DNA of 64,000 nucleotides from Octopus vulgaris. Its lineage: Eukaryota. Made by a program: the position numbers and the translations under genes. The DNA is taken from NCBI GenBank assembly GCA_951406725.2, contig OX597824.1, positions 58,652,001 through 58,716,000 on the forward strand, given 5' to 3'. The first letter of the stretch is position 1. The number at the start of each line of letters is the position of its first letter. A model generated the notes under the pieces. It worked only from the letters and a program-made list of their open reading frames with translations. It ran no database searches and was not told the DNA's origin. Positions 24,752-36,871 of the stretch are shown here, in pieces.

Positions 24752-25191
24752 CAGACAGGTAAATAGAGAGAGAGAGACAAAGACAGAGACAGACAGGCAA
24801 ACAGACAGACAGAGCCAGAGAGAGATGGATGGATAGACTAGAGAAGTAAAGATAGTTATATGATAGGGAGACAGAGCGACGGTGATATAAACGAAAGATA
24901 TAGACGAAATTGTTTTCTCACGGTTGGATATTTTAATTAAATATCCTTACATTTGATGTCTCCCTATCCCAGTGAAAATAAACGCACTTCAGGACTGTCT
25001 ACATCTCAGTCTTGCGAAAATGTCTTGACTTCTTCTATGACTCTCTCTTATCATCTCCTTTATTTTAAAAAAACATATCTTCTCCCCGCTCTCTAACTCT
25101 CTGTACTCTTCATCATATAAATGTATCAAATATGACCATTAGTACTTTACCTACTTTTGTACATATTAACTAAACGAATACCAAGTCGACT

Positions 25192-25255
<64 letters not shown>

Positions 25256-25266
25256 TAATAATAATG

Positions 25267-25737
25267 ACATGCCCTAATGGAAGACTGGGAAGAAAATACT
25301 TGTAGATTAATAGACGTAAGTGATAAAATTATATCTATAAAGGAATTTGTGAAACTAAGTAAATATAAGGAACAGGAAACTGAAATACAAAAGATGTGGC
25401 ATCTTAAAACGAGAACTGCTTCCGTTATTACATGTGCCCTGGGTATGATTAAAAAGGGATGTCAGAAACATTGAGATAAGATCCCAGGAGAACCATGTCT
25501 CAGAGAAATCCAAAAGATTGAACTCACAAGTATTGCTCAGATCCTTAAAAAAACTATCCATTTAAATGCCTCTGTTGTATTACATGAAGATATTACGCTA
25601 CTGCCCCTGCCACTTCCTTTCCCCAAGTTTTCCGTCATACTGTTACATCTCTGATCGTTCACTCGCCCTAGGACGCTGGGTGTCTCGGCAAGCGATTGTA
25701 ACAAACATCCAGATTAAAAGTAAATAACAACAACACC

Positions 25738-25740
<3 letters not shown>
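25267..25740 (+). mobile_element. R4/Dong-type 3' fragment (RLE domain plus 3' UTR) between two (TAA)n tracts
   Basis: CRLIDVS...KEFVKLSKYK..ETEIQKMWHLKT...VITCALGMIKKG...LREIQK; (TAA)n at 25196-25265 and 25738-25803. Confidence 0.82.
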
Positions 25741-25804
<64 letters not shown>

Positions 25805-26969
25805 TTGATAGCAAAAGAGAGAATTGACTAAGATGGATACCAAGACCAGAAAACTGTTGACAGTACACGGAGCCTTCCACCCTAAGAGTGAGTGACAACA
25901 ATAGGCTGTACTTGTCAAGAATGAAGGTGGGGAGAGGCTTGATCAGTTGACAGGATGTATCGAAGCAGAGGAAAACAGCCTAGGTTAGTATATTAGAAAT
26001 GCCGTGGAGCCACTGTTGAAACACACGAAAAATGCCGGTGTCATTAAAACTGAAAATTGCGTAACGAAAGAAAAATTGTGTAACGAAAGAAGCAAGAAAT
26101 GAACAAAAAAAAAAAAAGAAAAGCATGGAAGGAAAAGAAAATTTACGGTCTGTTTGCAAGAGATGTGAACGCCAAAACAGATACAGAGGACCGGTGGCTA
26201 TAGATGAGAAGTTGTGACCTGAAGATGGAAGCACTCATATGCGCAGCTCAGCAACAAGCGTTAGGGACCAATAATATGCAGTGCAGAATAGACAACACTA
26301 CCGCTAGCGACAAATACAGAATGTGTGGTGAGAGGGGTGAAACGATATAACACATCGTTAGCGAATGCCCGAAATTGGCACAACATGAATAGAAATGACT
26401 CCATGACAATGTGGAAAGAATGATCCGTTAGGAACTCTGTGGATATCATGGTCTACAAAGAGCAAAGTCGTAGTATCAGCAAACCCCTGAAGGAATCACC
26501 GAAAATGATAATTGAAAAATCCTGTGGAATGCAATGATCCAGTGCTATCACCCCACCAGATATCGGAAACGGGGCACGGTTGTGGTGGATAAGAAAGAAA
26601 GAACATATATGATAAGCGAGATAGCATGCCCCGGTGACAACAGGATGAATGTGAAAGAAGAAGAAATAAACAACTATGACGATTTAAAGTGGGAAATACG
26701 AAGGTTGTGATAATGAAGAGAGTAGACGTAGATACCGATAGTAATTGGTGCACCTGGAAGTATCGGCACTCAACTACCAGCATGGCTGATAAAGATCGGT
26801 GCCAATGTGAAGGTAGAACACCAACAAAAATCAGCACTGTTCGGAACTGCAAGAATTCTTCGCATAGTTCTTGAAGCATAAGCAGTAAAACACATGTCAC
26901 CTTAATCTTCTGGCTGTGGACAGCTGCTTACCGTCATGCACAGCAAATAATGCTGTGAGTTTTTAATAC

Positions 26970-26970
<1 letters not shown>
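25805..26970 (+). mobile_element. Degenerate R4/Dong-type 3' fragment (post-RT region, CCHC, RLE) ending in (TAA)n
   Basis: ELTKMDTKTRKLLTVHGAFHPKS, AAQQQALGTN, RMCGERGETI.HIVSECPKLAQ, KILWN, EIACPGDNR, PIVIGAPG across several frames. Confidence 0.85.
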
Positions 26971-27030
<60 letters not shown>

Positions 27031-27032
<2 letters not shown>

Positions 27033-27612
27033 CATGTACAATTGGAAGTGTTATCATGTACAATTGGAAGTGTTATCATGTACAACTGGAAGTGTTATCA
27101 TGTACAATTGGAAGTGTTATCATGTACATTGTTTTGTCTTGGTATATAAGATGGGCTACAGCAAATATTCTGCTCAATACCACAGATTTGCTTGTCAGTT
27201 GTTAGACCTTAACAAGTTGAGCATGTCCTTTGGTGGCTGACGATATGTGCATCTCTGATCACGAGCAGAAGTAGTGGGGGAGCATCATAGCCATGTGTTG
27301 AGAGGGATTCTTTGGAGTTTGAATAGTTCACCTCTGGAAACATGGGTGGTTCTTTCAACATCCTTAAACAACCCTTATTCAGGGACCTTTTGAGTGGGAT
27401 GGGCTACTCGACCTGAAGAAAATTCTAACTGGGCCCCACCTGCAAGGTCATGTGCTGTTTATCTTGATATGATATCACCATGTCGCGCACATATGGTTGT
27501 GATGCATGTGTACCTGGTGTACCCTTATCAGACGGGTAGTCATGATGGGTATATTGGGCTTCGTAAATTTTACCCCAGGGTCACTTTGATGGCATGAACT
27601 GCTCTCTCACTC
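27031..27612 (+). mobile_element. Non-coding retroposon family C copy ending in (TAA)n, with a 22-bp tandem duplication at its 5' junction
   Basis: Closely similar to 27881-28220; ends CTCTCTCACTC(AAT)n; the unit ATCATGTACAATTGGAAGTGTT starts at 27031, 27053, 27075 and 27097, with a partial unit at 27119. Confidence 0.8.
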
Positions 27613-27880
<268 letters not shown>

Positions 27881-28220
27881 GTGCCAGGCAGTGGCTCTCG
27901 TGGCTTCTGATCTTAACTGATTGGAAGTGTTATCATGTACATTGTTTTGTCTTGGTATAAAAGATGGGCTGCAGCAAGTATTCCGCTCAATACCACATAT
28001 TTGCTTGTCAGTTATTTGACCATCACCAGCTGAGCATGTCCTTTAGTGGCTGACAATATGTGAATCTCTGATCACGACCAGAAGTAGTGGGGGAGCATGA
28101 TAGCCATGTGTTGAGAGGGATTCTTTGAGGTTTGAATAATTCATCTCGGGAAACGTTGGTGTTTCGTTCAACAACCCTTATTCAGGGACCTTTTGAGCGG
28201 GATGAGTTACTCGACCAGAA
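27881..28220 (+). mobile_element. Second retroposon family C copy, 3'-truncated
   Basis: GTGCCAGGCAGTGGCTCTCG...TTGGAAGTGTTATCATGTACATTGTTTTGTCTTGG aligns with 27108-27420. Confidence 0.8.
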
Positions 28221-28753
28221 GTGCTGCGGTATTATCTTGTGACGCACATGGTAATCTTGGAGGGAAAATATGAAATTAGTCGTCTATATAAGTTTGGAGA
28301 TGTTGACTACCTTGTGTTATGTTTTTCTGGCGCTTGGTCGAAGATGCAAAGGGTGGGTTTTTAGCATTTTCAAATTTATAATTCCCGAAATATTATGCCG
28401 ATGAAAGAAATGAATTTGTATAATTCTAATCCAGAAACGCGTCCATAATTAATCGTAGACTGTTTGATTTCGTTATTTTTTCTTATTTTTGCCTACGTGA
28501 GTTACAAATATTGTTGTCTGTGGAGTCATATTTGTAGTTAAAAGAATTATCTGTCTTTTGGCTGCTATTTCTAAATTTTCGGTATGTGGTGAAGCAACTT
28601 ATTGCTAAACCCTTAATTATATTTATAAATATATAAAAAACAACTTTTTGTACACGTTTTTACCGATAATGTTTTTTTTTTCCATACCGAAACTACTAGG
28701 TAAAATTTATTAATTATTAAATTAATAATTCTTTACCCTATATCTGTAATGAT

Positions 28754-28801
<48 letters not shown>

Positions 28802-29379
28802 CTAATAGAAATACTAAATCAAATACTAAATATATCTGTTTCAGAGGCGCACTTACCAAACAAATGATTTGAACTGAGACCATGCTTTGAAACTAAAGCA
28901 ATTATATTGTGGAAGACAGGTATTGGGCATTCAAACAACGCAAAAAGGCTGTTAACTTCGCTTAATTATCGATTATTCGGTGCCAAAATTTTTGTTGCAT
29001 CACTTACTACCTTGTCGTAGACGCGATTTCGCTGCATATATCTTATGTATGTGCGTAAGTATGAGTGTAAGTAGATGTGTGAATGTGCGTGTGTCTGTGT
29101 CTGTATGTATAGTATGCATGTATTATCTCAACTATTTTTAATTATTTGAAATCTTCCTATAAGGAAGAGGTTTATTTCTAACAAAGATACATAGCTCCAC
29201 CCTTGGTATGTAGATAACAAAAGTTTCACATTTTGAACTTGAGAAAAGTTTTAATATTTTTCCTACTCCACTTACAGATTGTATTTGTAATGTGAGTGTT
29301 AATTGGTTGATTTCTTTTTCTAAATTCATTACTTTTCCAGATCGTTACTTAAGCATTTTCTATCAAAATCAAGCGCACT

Positions 29380-29850
29380 AATAGTATAAATATGAATTTC
29401 TAATCTGGATATTGAAGCTGATTGTTTCGAAGCAGTTGTCCGCAGTCTCTTTGATTTTCGAAAAGATATTCACTTCTTTGATGATACATAGTTTTCTTCT
29501 CTGTCCCAAACAATGATATCCGCTTATTATGTTTGCACTTGGAGAAGTTTTGGCAAGAAAGTACCATCAGTATTCTTTGAGTTGGTGTTCATGTATGCAT
29601 TCACTAAGAGGATGACTTTCTGTGTTTATTCAATGACAATCTTTGTTTTTCCTGGTCGGCAATGTATATTGTTTTAGCGACAACATCAGGCTGCATTGGG
29701 AGGCAGTACCTTACAAACATTTTTGAGCAACTGCTGTTGTTTTCTACATAATTGACATTTTCTTTTGAATCTTAAGTCTCCTAGGTCTTTACTGTCTCTT
29801 TTGTTTGTTAGGTAGTTTGCAGCAATCTCTTGCGGTTGTATTGCTAATAT
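29380..29850 (-). pseudogene. Possible highly decayed Penelope-like GIY-YIG remnant
   Basis: Minus-strand KTIYIADQEKQRLSLNKHR resembles YIGET..L..R..EH; otherwise fragmented. Confidence 0.3.
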
Positions 29851-30859
29851 ATAGCCTTCGGAGTAATGGAGGTTGAAGCAGCCACGAGTCCAAGAAAGGC
29901 TGCTCTTTTTTGAATATTAGTGACATCTTCAAGTCTTCGAAAAATTATGCATAATCTATTTTTGGTATACTAGATTTTTGTCTTCCAGGTATGCTTTGAG
30001 GTATGTTAGTCCAGCAATTTTAGAATTGTAAAACTCCTAAGGAGTTCCGATCGACACGTCGGATGTTAGTTTTGATTTTTGGTGCTAATGGCTGTTATTA
30101 TTATGAATTGAATAAGTAATATGTAATATTACTAATATGTAGTATTGATGATCAATTACATTGTTCCTTTATTTAAATGAACAAATTTGATCTCTGATTA
30201 TCTATGAGCTGTTTATTATACAGCAGGAAATTAACAAGTGGTAAGCTAGTTTTATTCCCAAACATGGTGGGTTTTATCTTTCTAAAATGCACTGGGGTTA
30301 ATTACTAAAGGATTAATCTTGCTTTTTCATTTTAAATTAAAAAAAGGTTACATAATTATGGTTGTAATTTAATTAATTACTAAAAGTAATTAGCGGTTTC
30401 TATTGATCTAATGTCAAAATATTCTCGTAATCAATCATAAGATTCCTTTCTAGTTGATTGATCTTAAGAGAAATAAAAGTGGCAGTGGCGGTGGTGCTGG
30501 AATACTTGCTGTCCTGGAATAATTTATGGAAGACCAAATATATACTTAAAAAAAAAAACATCTACAGATTAATATTTCTTTTGAATTGTACTGTTGACTC
30601 TTACCATAAAACTGAACAACCATTAACCGGGAAAACTTTCTTAAGTAATGGGATTTAAATAGCTTTACTTCAGCATGTTCAAATAGAAGATTATAAATTT
30701 CTGTTAGCTAATTAAAATCATTAAGGAGTAAAAATAGAATCAGCTGTATAGGAAGAAAATGCTATGCAAGTACATCTCCGTAAGTTTTTTTTATTGAGGT
30801 ATTAATGGTTTTAAGATTAAGAACTAAAGTGTACAAAAAAGTATTTTATGTACATTTTT

Positions 30860-31225
30860 AGTTGTTTCGGTTATTAGACTGCGGCCATAATGGAGCAATG
30901 TCTCGTGGGTTAGTCGAACAAATTGAACCCAGTACTTGTTTGGCGTTTGGTACGTATTCTCTTTTGCCAAACCGTAAGTTACTAGGACGGTAACGCACAA
31001 ACATCGGTTGTAGAGCAATGGGTAGGGAAACTCAAAGACGCACATATATCTATACATGCGACTGACTCTTAAGTAGTTTCTGTCTATCAAATTCACTCAC
31101 AAGTCAATGGTTGGCCGGGGTTATAATAGATGACATTTGACCAATGTGCAGCGTAGTAGGATTGATCCTAAAACTACATGGTTTCGAGGTGAGCTTCTTA
31201 ACCACACAGCCATGCCAACACCTAT
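30860..31225 (-). mobile_element. SINE family B copy
   Basis: Reverse-complement head (CTTCTTAACCACACAGCCA) and 3' module (TTGTTTCGGTTATTAGACTGCGGCCAT). Confidence 0.8.
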
Positions 31226-31409
31226 AAATTTATTTTACTCTAAATAATATTACTTACTTCATTATTTTAATTAATTTTTTTAGATATATTTTTCAATAAT
31301 TCAAATTTTATTAAATCTCTTCGGCAAATACTAAATGAATAATTAATTTTATGTTACTTAAGGAAAGTCTACGGATTAATAGAAGGGTAGATATTCTTAT
31401 ATTAGTTTC

Positions 31410-31575
31410 ACATTTTGGCACAATGCCAGCAATTTGGGGGGACGAAAGTTGGTTTCATCAACACTAGTGCTCATTTTTATTGGTAGGATAAAAGGCAGAA
31501 TTTGAACTCAGAACGTAATGACGAACGAAATGCCGCTAAGCCTTTTTCCCGGTGTGCTAACGATTCCGCCACCCA
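31410..31575 (-). mobile_element. SINE family A copy
   Basis: ATTTGAACTCAGAACGTAA..GAAATGCCGCTAAGC..GTGCTAACGATTC. Confidence 0.75.
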
Positions 31576-31794
31576 TTCCAGTTAATTTAGCACAGATTTT
31601 TAAAAGTTAGTAAATCACATTCTCTTGAACATATATCAATATAGTTTTAATTATTCAAAGACAGTAACTGGTTATATCCTATTGACAATAATTTAGAACT
31701 GAAAGCAGGTATGATTGATTATGATAATTCTTTAACTTCAAGCTTTCAGAACTTGCTAATTGTAACAGTATTTCATAAAACTTCAATTAGACGT

Positions 31795-31942
31795 ACTCGT
31801 GGTTGTGTGGCAAGAAGTTTGCTTCCCAACCATAAGGTTCCGGGTTGAGAAAATATCTTATGCTATAGCCTCGGTCTAACCCAACCTTTGTGAGTGGATT
31901 TGGTAGACAGAAACTAAAAGAATCTCGAAAGAATCACGTCGT

Positions 31943-32017
<75 letters not shown>

Positions 32018-32510
32018 CATACATATATACATACATATATATATAGGGATTTAAATAATCCAATGGTAATCACATAAAAGTTATTTTAGGGAACCAAGCT
32101 ACAAACTACAGAGTAAACCAATAAGTATGAGTGCAATGTAGAGTCCTACGTAGTTTAAATTCAGTAAATTCAATCAGTAATGATTATTTCATTAGGACTA
32201 TATAAAATATAAAGAACGTCAGGAGGTATGAGATGAATATATTTCTTTCACCAGTTGATATCCACAAGATATCGGCCGTTTAGCAGCACACAACACGCAA
32301 AGATATCTTATTTTAGTATATAATAAATTATTTAACATGTTTGCATACATTTAATTATATGTATGCAATCTGTAGCATAAACACTAGTGCAGACATATAA
32401 AATAATTTATTATACACTAAAATATATTATTTTTGCAATGACTTTGACTGTGAAACGACCGTAAAATAAATATATTCATCCCATACCTCCTGACTTTCTT
32501 TACATTCTAC

Positions 32511-32553
<43 letters not shown>

Positions 32554-32589
32554 TATATATATATAATGTTTATATATATACAGACACAC

Positions 32590-32654
<65 letters not shown>

Positions 32655-32820
32655 TATAAATATATATATATACATGTGTGTGTGTATAAACATATATATC
32701 TATGTGGGTGTCTTTGTGTCTATGTTTGACCCCCATCAGCTCTTGACATACATTGTTAGTATGTCTACGTTCCCATAACTCAGCCGCGGTCTAATGCCTA
32801 AAGAAGTATAAGAATAAATG
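31795..32820 (+). mobile_element. SINE family B copy split by inserts in its internal (TA)n (head 31795-31945, 3' module 32705-32820)
   Basis: GTGGTTGTGTGG..GGTTCCGGGTT..GTGAGTGGATTTGGTAGACAGAAACT head; GTGTCTATGTTTGACCCCC..TACGTTCCCATAACT.AGC..GTCTAATG tail. Confidence 0.65.
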
Positions 32821-33835
32821 AATAAAAGAATATAATAACGAGCAAAATTAAAATGTTTCAAGTAAAATATAAAGCATGATGTCTCGATATTTATCTAACT
32901 ACGAACCAATCTACCTGCCTATCTACCTATCTAAGATGCGAATTGTGATATAACTCGTATATAAGTAAATGCCTGTCCCTCGTTTTTGTTTGCTCTAGTA
33001 ATGCCCAAATCTGTCTGCCAGACACATGCACACACATACACACACATGCACACAAATATACGCACATACCCCTGCATATCTTGTGTGTTGTGATATCTAT
33101 AAAGCTATATGCTCATTCAAGCATACCTGACTATATCTCTATGTGTTTATACAGAGTTGCACGTCTGTGTGAGTGAGCGCGCTTGAATATGTGTGTATTT
33201 GGGAGTACGGGACTGTGCTTTTATATATGCGGATGTATAGGATTGTGTACGTTGGAGTGCGTTCATATACACATGGACACACACTTACATATAGTTATAG
33301 ATATGCATATACACACATTACACACACACTCACACACACGTATTTGTTAGTCTAATAGTTGGCTAAAGGGAGGGAGAAGTGAAAGAAACTTCTTGTTTGT
33401 TTCATTATCTGTGTCAACATCTCCTTCACCACTCTCCTCCCCGCTGTGCCCTCACCAGTATGTCAGATAAACATACATATCACGTAATCTCATACCTTCT
33501 CAATATATGTTACGGGTCGCTTACCTGCAGCGCAGAAACTCAATCTAACTCCAAAATCTTTACCTCTCTAAATTCTCTACTTTGTTTTCAGTTGGTCGCA
33601 GCTGATCGGATGTCTGATTAACGTAGCGGCCAGTCACACGTAACACAAACGGAAATGCTTATTGTGACGTAGGTTTTTCATGGATCAATTTCGCAGTTCA
33701 GCCATGTTTGCTTTTGGCAGAGCATTGGGCCATAACCAACATAAAACATAAATGTGCATACACCCATTTGCGTGTATGCACATATTTTTATACCATATTC
33801 GTGCTATGATCGTGCGCGTGCGTGTATACACACAC

Positions 33836-33931
<96 letters not shown>

Positions 33932-34339
33932 TAGACAGGTGAGATCTAGAGATGCTCAAATGATTTGAACTTACACTCCGAAGTCATTATTGAAGACTAA
34001 GTCCGCTGGGTAAAGAGTGGCTAGAATAAAGATCCAGATGAACCGATGTGGAGATAGTGATTACAGATAAACACAATTAGGCTTGTTATATATATAAATA
34101 TACACGCATCAACAAATGTAGATATATTTGCACGCTTCATCAGCTAGTTATGAGCATTACAACTATTGTGTAACTCTGAGCTCCCAGAAACAGGTGTCGA
34201 GTTAAATAACTTCTCCCCTCAGTTTTCTGTATATTTATTTGTAAATAAATATATTTGCACATGCGTATAGGTATGCATGTATGTATGTATCAAGCTTAAC
34301 CTTGTTTATCTGCATGACACACACACACTCTCCCTCTCA

Positions 34340-34378
<39 letters not shown>

Positions 34379-34388
34379 CGTCTCTCTC

Positions 34389-34426
<38 letters not shown>

Positions 34427-34428
<2 letters not shown>

Positions 34429-34641
34429 TGAGTGGACAAACGAAAGAAAGAGACATTCCACACATTTTGTAGGAGTGTTGTATGTATTATTATTTAAAAC
34501 AGTTTGATATGGCTTTATCCGACTTAAGGTTTCGTGCTCTTATTACAGAAACCTAGCTAGTCGGGCTCAGTTAACTGTTTTAAATAATAATAAATGTAAC
34601 TAACTGTGTCGAGCACTGGTTCTTTCGTTTATCCAATCACT
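34427..34641. repeat. Imperfect foldback (inverted repeat), approx. 215 bp
   Basis: 34427-34448 pairs with 34620-34641 (19/22); 34485-34504 pairs with 34573-34592 (20/20); CCGACT..AGGTTTC pairs with GAAACCT..AGTCGG. Confidence 0.85.
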
Positions 34642-35134
34642 CGTATAAATGTTCCGGACCTTTTTGGGCTCACTCAAAAAATAAAAAAAACATCTGATAA
34701 ACAGTATATATGTAGGGGAATTTTAAATAAACATTAGTATAAGTACTTAGTTTCTCAGTACGTCTCAAACTTGCAGTGGTGAAAAGTAGCTAGAAACCAA
34801 TCATTTGTACTGGCGTTTATCTTACTTTACGTTACGTATGTTCTATGTATCATAACTATTAACTATTTACTGGAAGCTGACTGGAAACTGGTAGTCTACA
34901 TGGAGCTCTACAGTGCTAGTCGTTCTTCAAGATTCTACAGAGGTAAACTTAAGAATAAGAACATAGCATTGCTAACACAAAAGCAAGACTTAAAAGACTT
35001 ATAAAATTTTGATATACTTTGTAGTATAATATGATTGCAAAACGAAATATGTGTCCCTGTTAGCAATTAAGACACCCCCTCCACACACACAAACACACAC
35101 ATATATGTATATATTTATATATATACACACACTC

Positions 35135-35520
35135 TTTTACTTGTTTCAGTCATTAGACTGCAGCCACCTGGGGCACCGCCTTGCAAATCTTAGTAAAACA
35201 AATCACCACGTGAACTTATTTTTTAAAGTCTTGTACTTATTCTAGCGGTGTCTTTTCCAGAACTGCAAAGTTAGGGAATGTAAAAAGACCAACACCGATT
35301 GTCAAGCAGTGATTGATAACAAATACAGACACACAAACAGGCACACACAACACACACGCCCGCGCGCGCGTGCGCACACACACACACATTTACCCATACG
35401 GCGAGCTAGTTTCGGTTTCCATTGACCAAATGCCTGCAGGATGCTTAGTCGGCACGAGTCTATTGAACAAGAATTCGCTCAATGTGTTACTTCTTACACA
35501 CAGCTAAGCCCATGCCTATA
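35135..35520 (-). mobile_element. SINE family B copy with internal deletions
   Basis: CTCTTTTACTTGTTTCAGTCATTAGACTGCAGCCA, AACACCGATTGTCAAGC, TTTCGGTTTCC.TTGACCAAAT. Confidence 0.78.
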
Positions 35521-35624
35521 TGTGTGTGCATATGCGTGGGATGTGTGTGCATATGCGTAGCATGTGTGTGCATATGCGTGGCATGTGTGTGCGTGTGTGT
35601 TGTACGTGTGCGTGTGCGCGTATA

Positions 35625-36028
35625 TCTTTATATATATAAAACTGATAATGTCTGCCTGTTTGTCTGTGTTTCCCTAAAACTTGAGAAATTTTACACATGC
35701 CTTACTTAGGATCCGGGGAGTGTCATCGGTAAAAAAATGTTCAACTTCTTGCCTAGAGCGAGCCCATAGCAATATCATATCTTCTCCACTATTTCAGTAT
35801 TACGTGTCTATAAAGTATACAATGTAGAGAAAAAAGAAGAGCTAACAATTCCAGTCTGTTATATATTTTGAGTATTGTTATCACTAGCGATATCAAGATA
35901 TAACTTTGTATTTTGCATTTTATGTGTAGATGTATATATATAGATGTACATGTAATATGTACACATATATATACACATATATACATATACTAGCACTATG
36001 ACTCGGCAACGACGGGCCTTTAATGCTA

Positions 36029-36029
<1 letters not shown>
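35625..36029 (+). mobile_element. Non-autonomous Helitron-like element
   Basis: Starts a|TCTTTATATATATAAAA; ends with GC-rich hairpin CTCGGCAACGACGGG and CTAG|t; no TSD; inserted between A and T. Confidence 0.68.
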
Positions 36030-36076
<47 letters not shown>

Positions 36077-36119
36077 GTGTATGTATATGTATGCATGTAT
36101 ATGTATATCTGCATATTGG

Positions 36120-36316
36120 TTTCAAGTTTTGGCTCAGAGCCAGCGATAAGTCGATTACATCGACCTCAATACTCAACTGGTACCTATTTTATTGACTATG
36201 AAAGGATGAAAGGCAAAAGTCGATCCCGGCAGAATTTGAACTGAGAACGTAAAGACGAGCAAAATGTTGCTAAGCATTATGAGCAGCGCGGCAACGATTC
36301 TACTAGCTCGCTGCCT

Positions 36317-36317
<1 letters not shown>
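36120..36317 (-). mobile_element. SINE family A copy
   Basis: AGTCGATTACATCGACC..CAACTGGTACC..GAAAGGATGAAAGGCAAAAGTCGA..AATTTGAACT..AGCTCGCTGCCTT. Confidence 0.85.
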
Positions 36318-36374
<57 letters not shown>

Positions 36375-36376
36375 CA

Positions 36377-36425
<49 letters not shown>

Positions 36426-36822
36426 TATATTATATTATATTATATATATATATTATATATTATATATAAAGATAGATAGATAGATAGATAGAGAGAGGGA
36501 GAGTGAAAGAGATATATATGCACACCTACGGACAAGCATACATACGACATACACATATACTTCGATAATTTCGATAAACGAGGTGATTGTTCAATCAACT
36601 GAAGTCACGTCTGCATAGCATTTACAGTGTAAAACAATCGAGATTGTTTCATAGATACTTTTCTGTTAAAATACCTTAACATGTTCCTCGCTAGAGTCGC
36701 TGTTACACTTTGTATACAGTCCATAGTACTCTAGATCACACTCACAACCCCATCAATAGTTACCACCTCTGTGTCCGTCAGCCTAACATCTTTTATATTT
36801 GTGTGTGTGTATGCGTGTGTGT

Positions 36823-36871
<49 letters not shown>

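Noticed and set aside
27031-27128. Possible CRISPR array
   Set aside because: The 22-bp units are head to tail with no spacers, there are no cas genes, and the context is eukaryotic.
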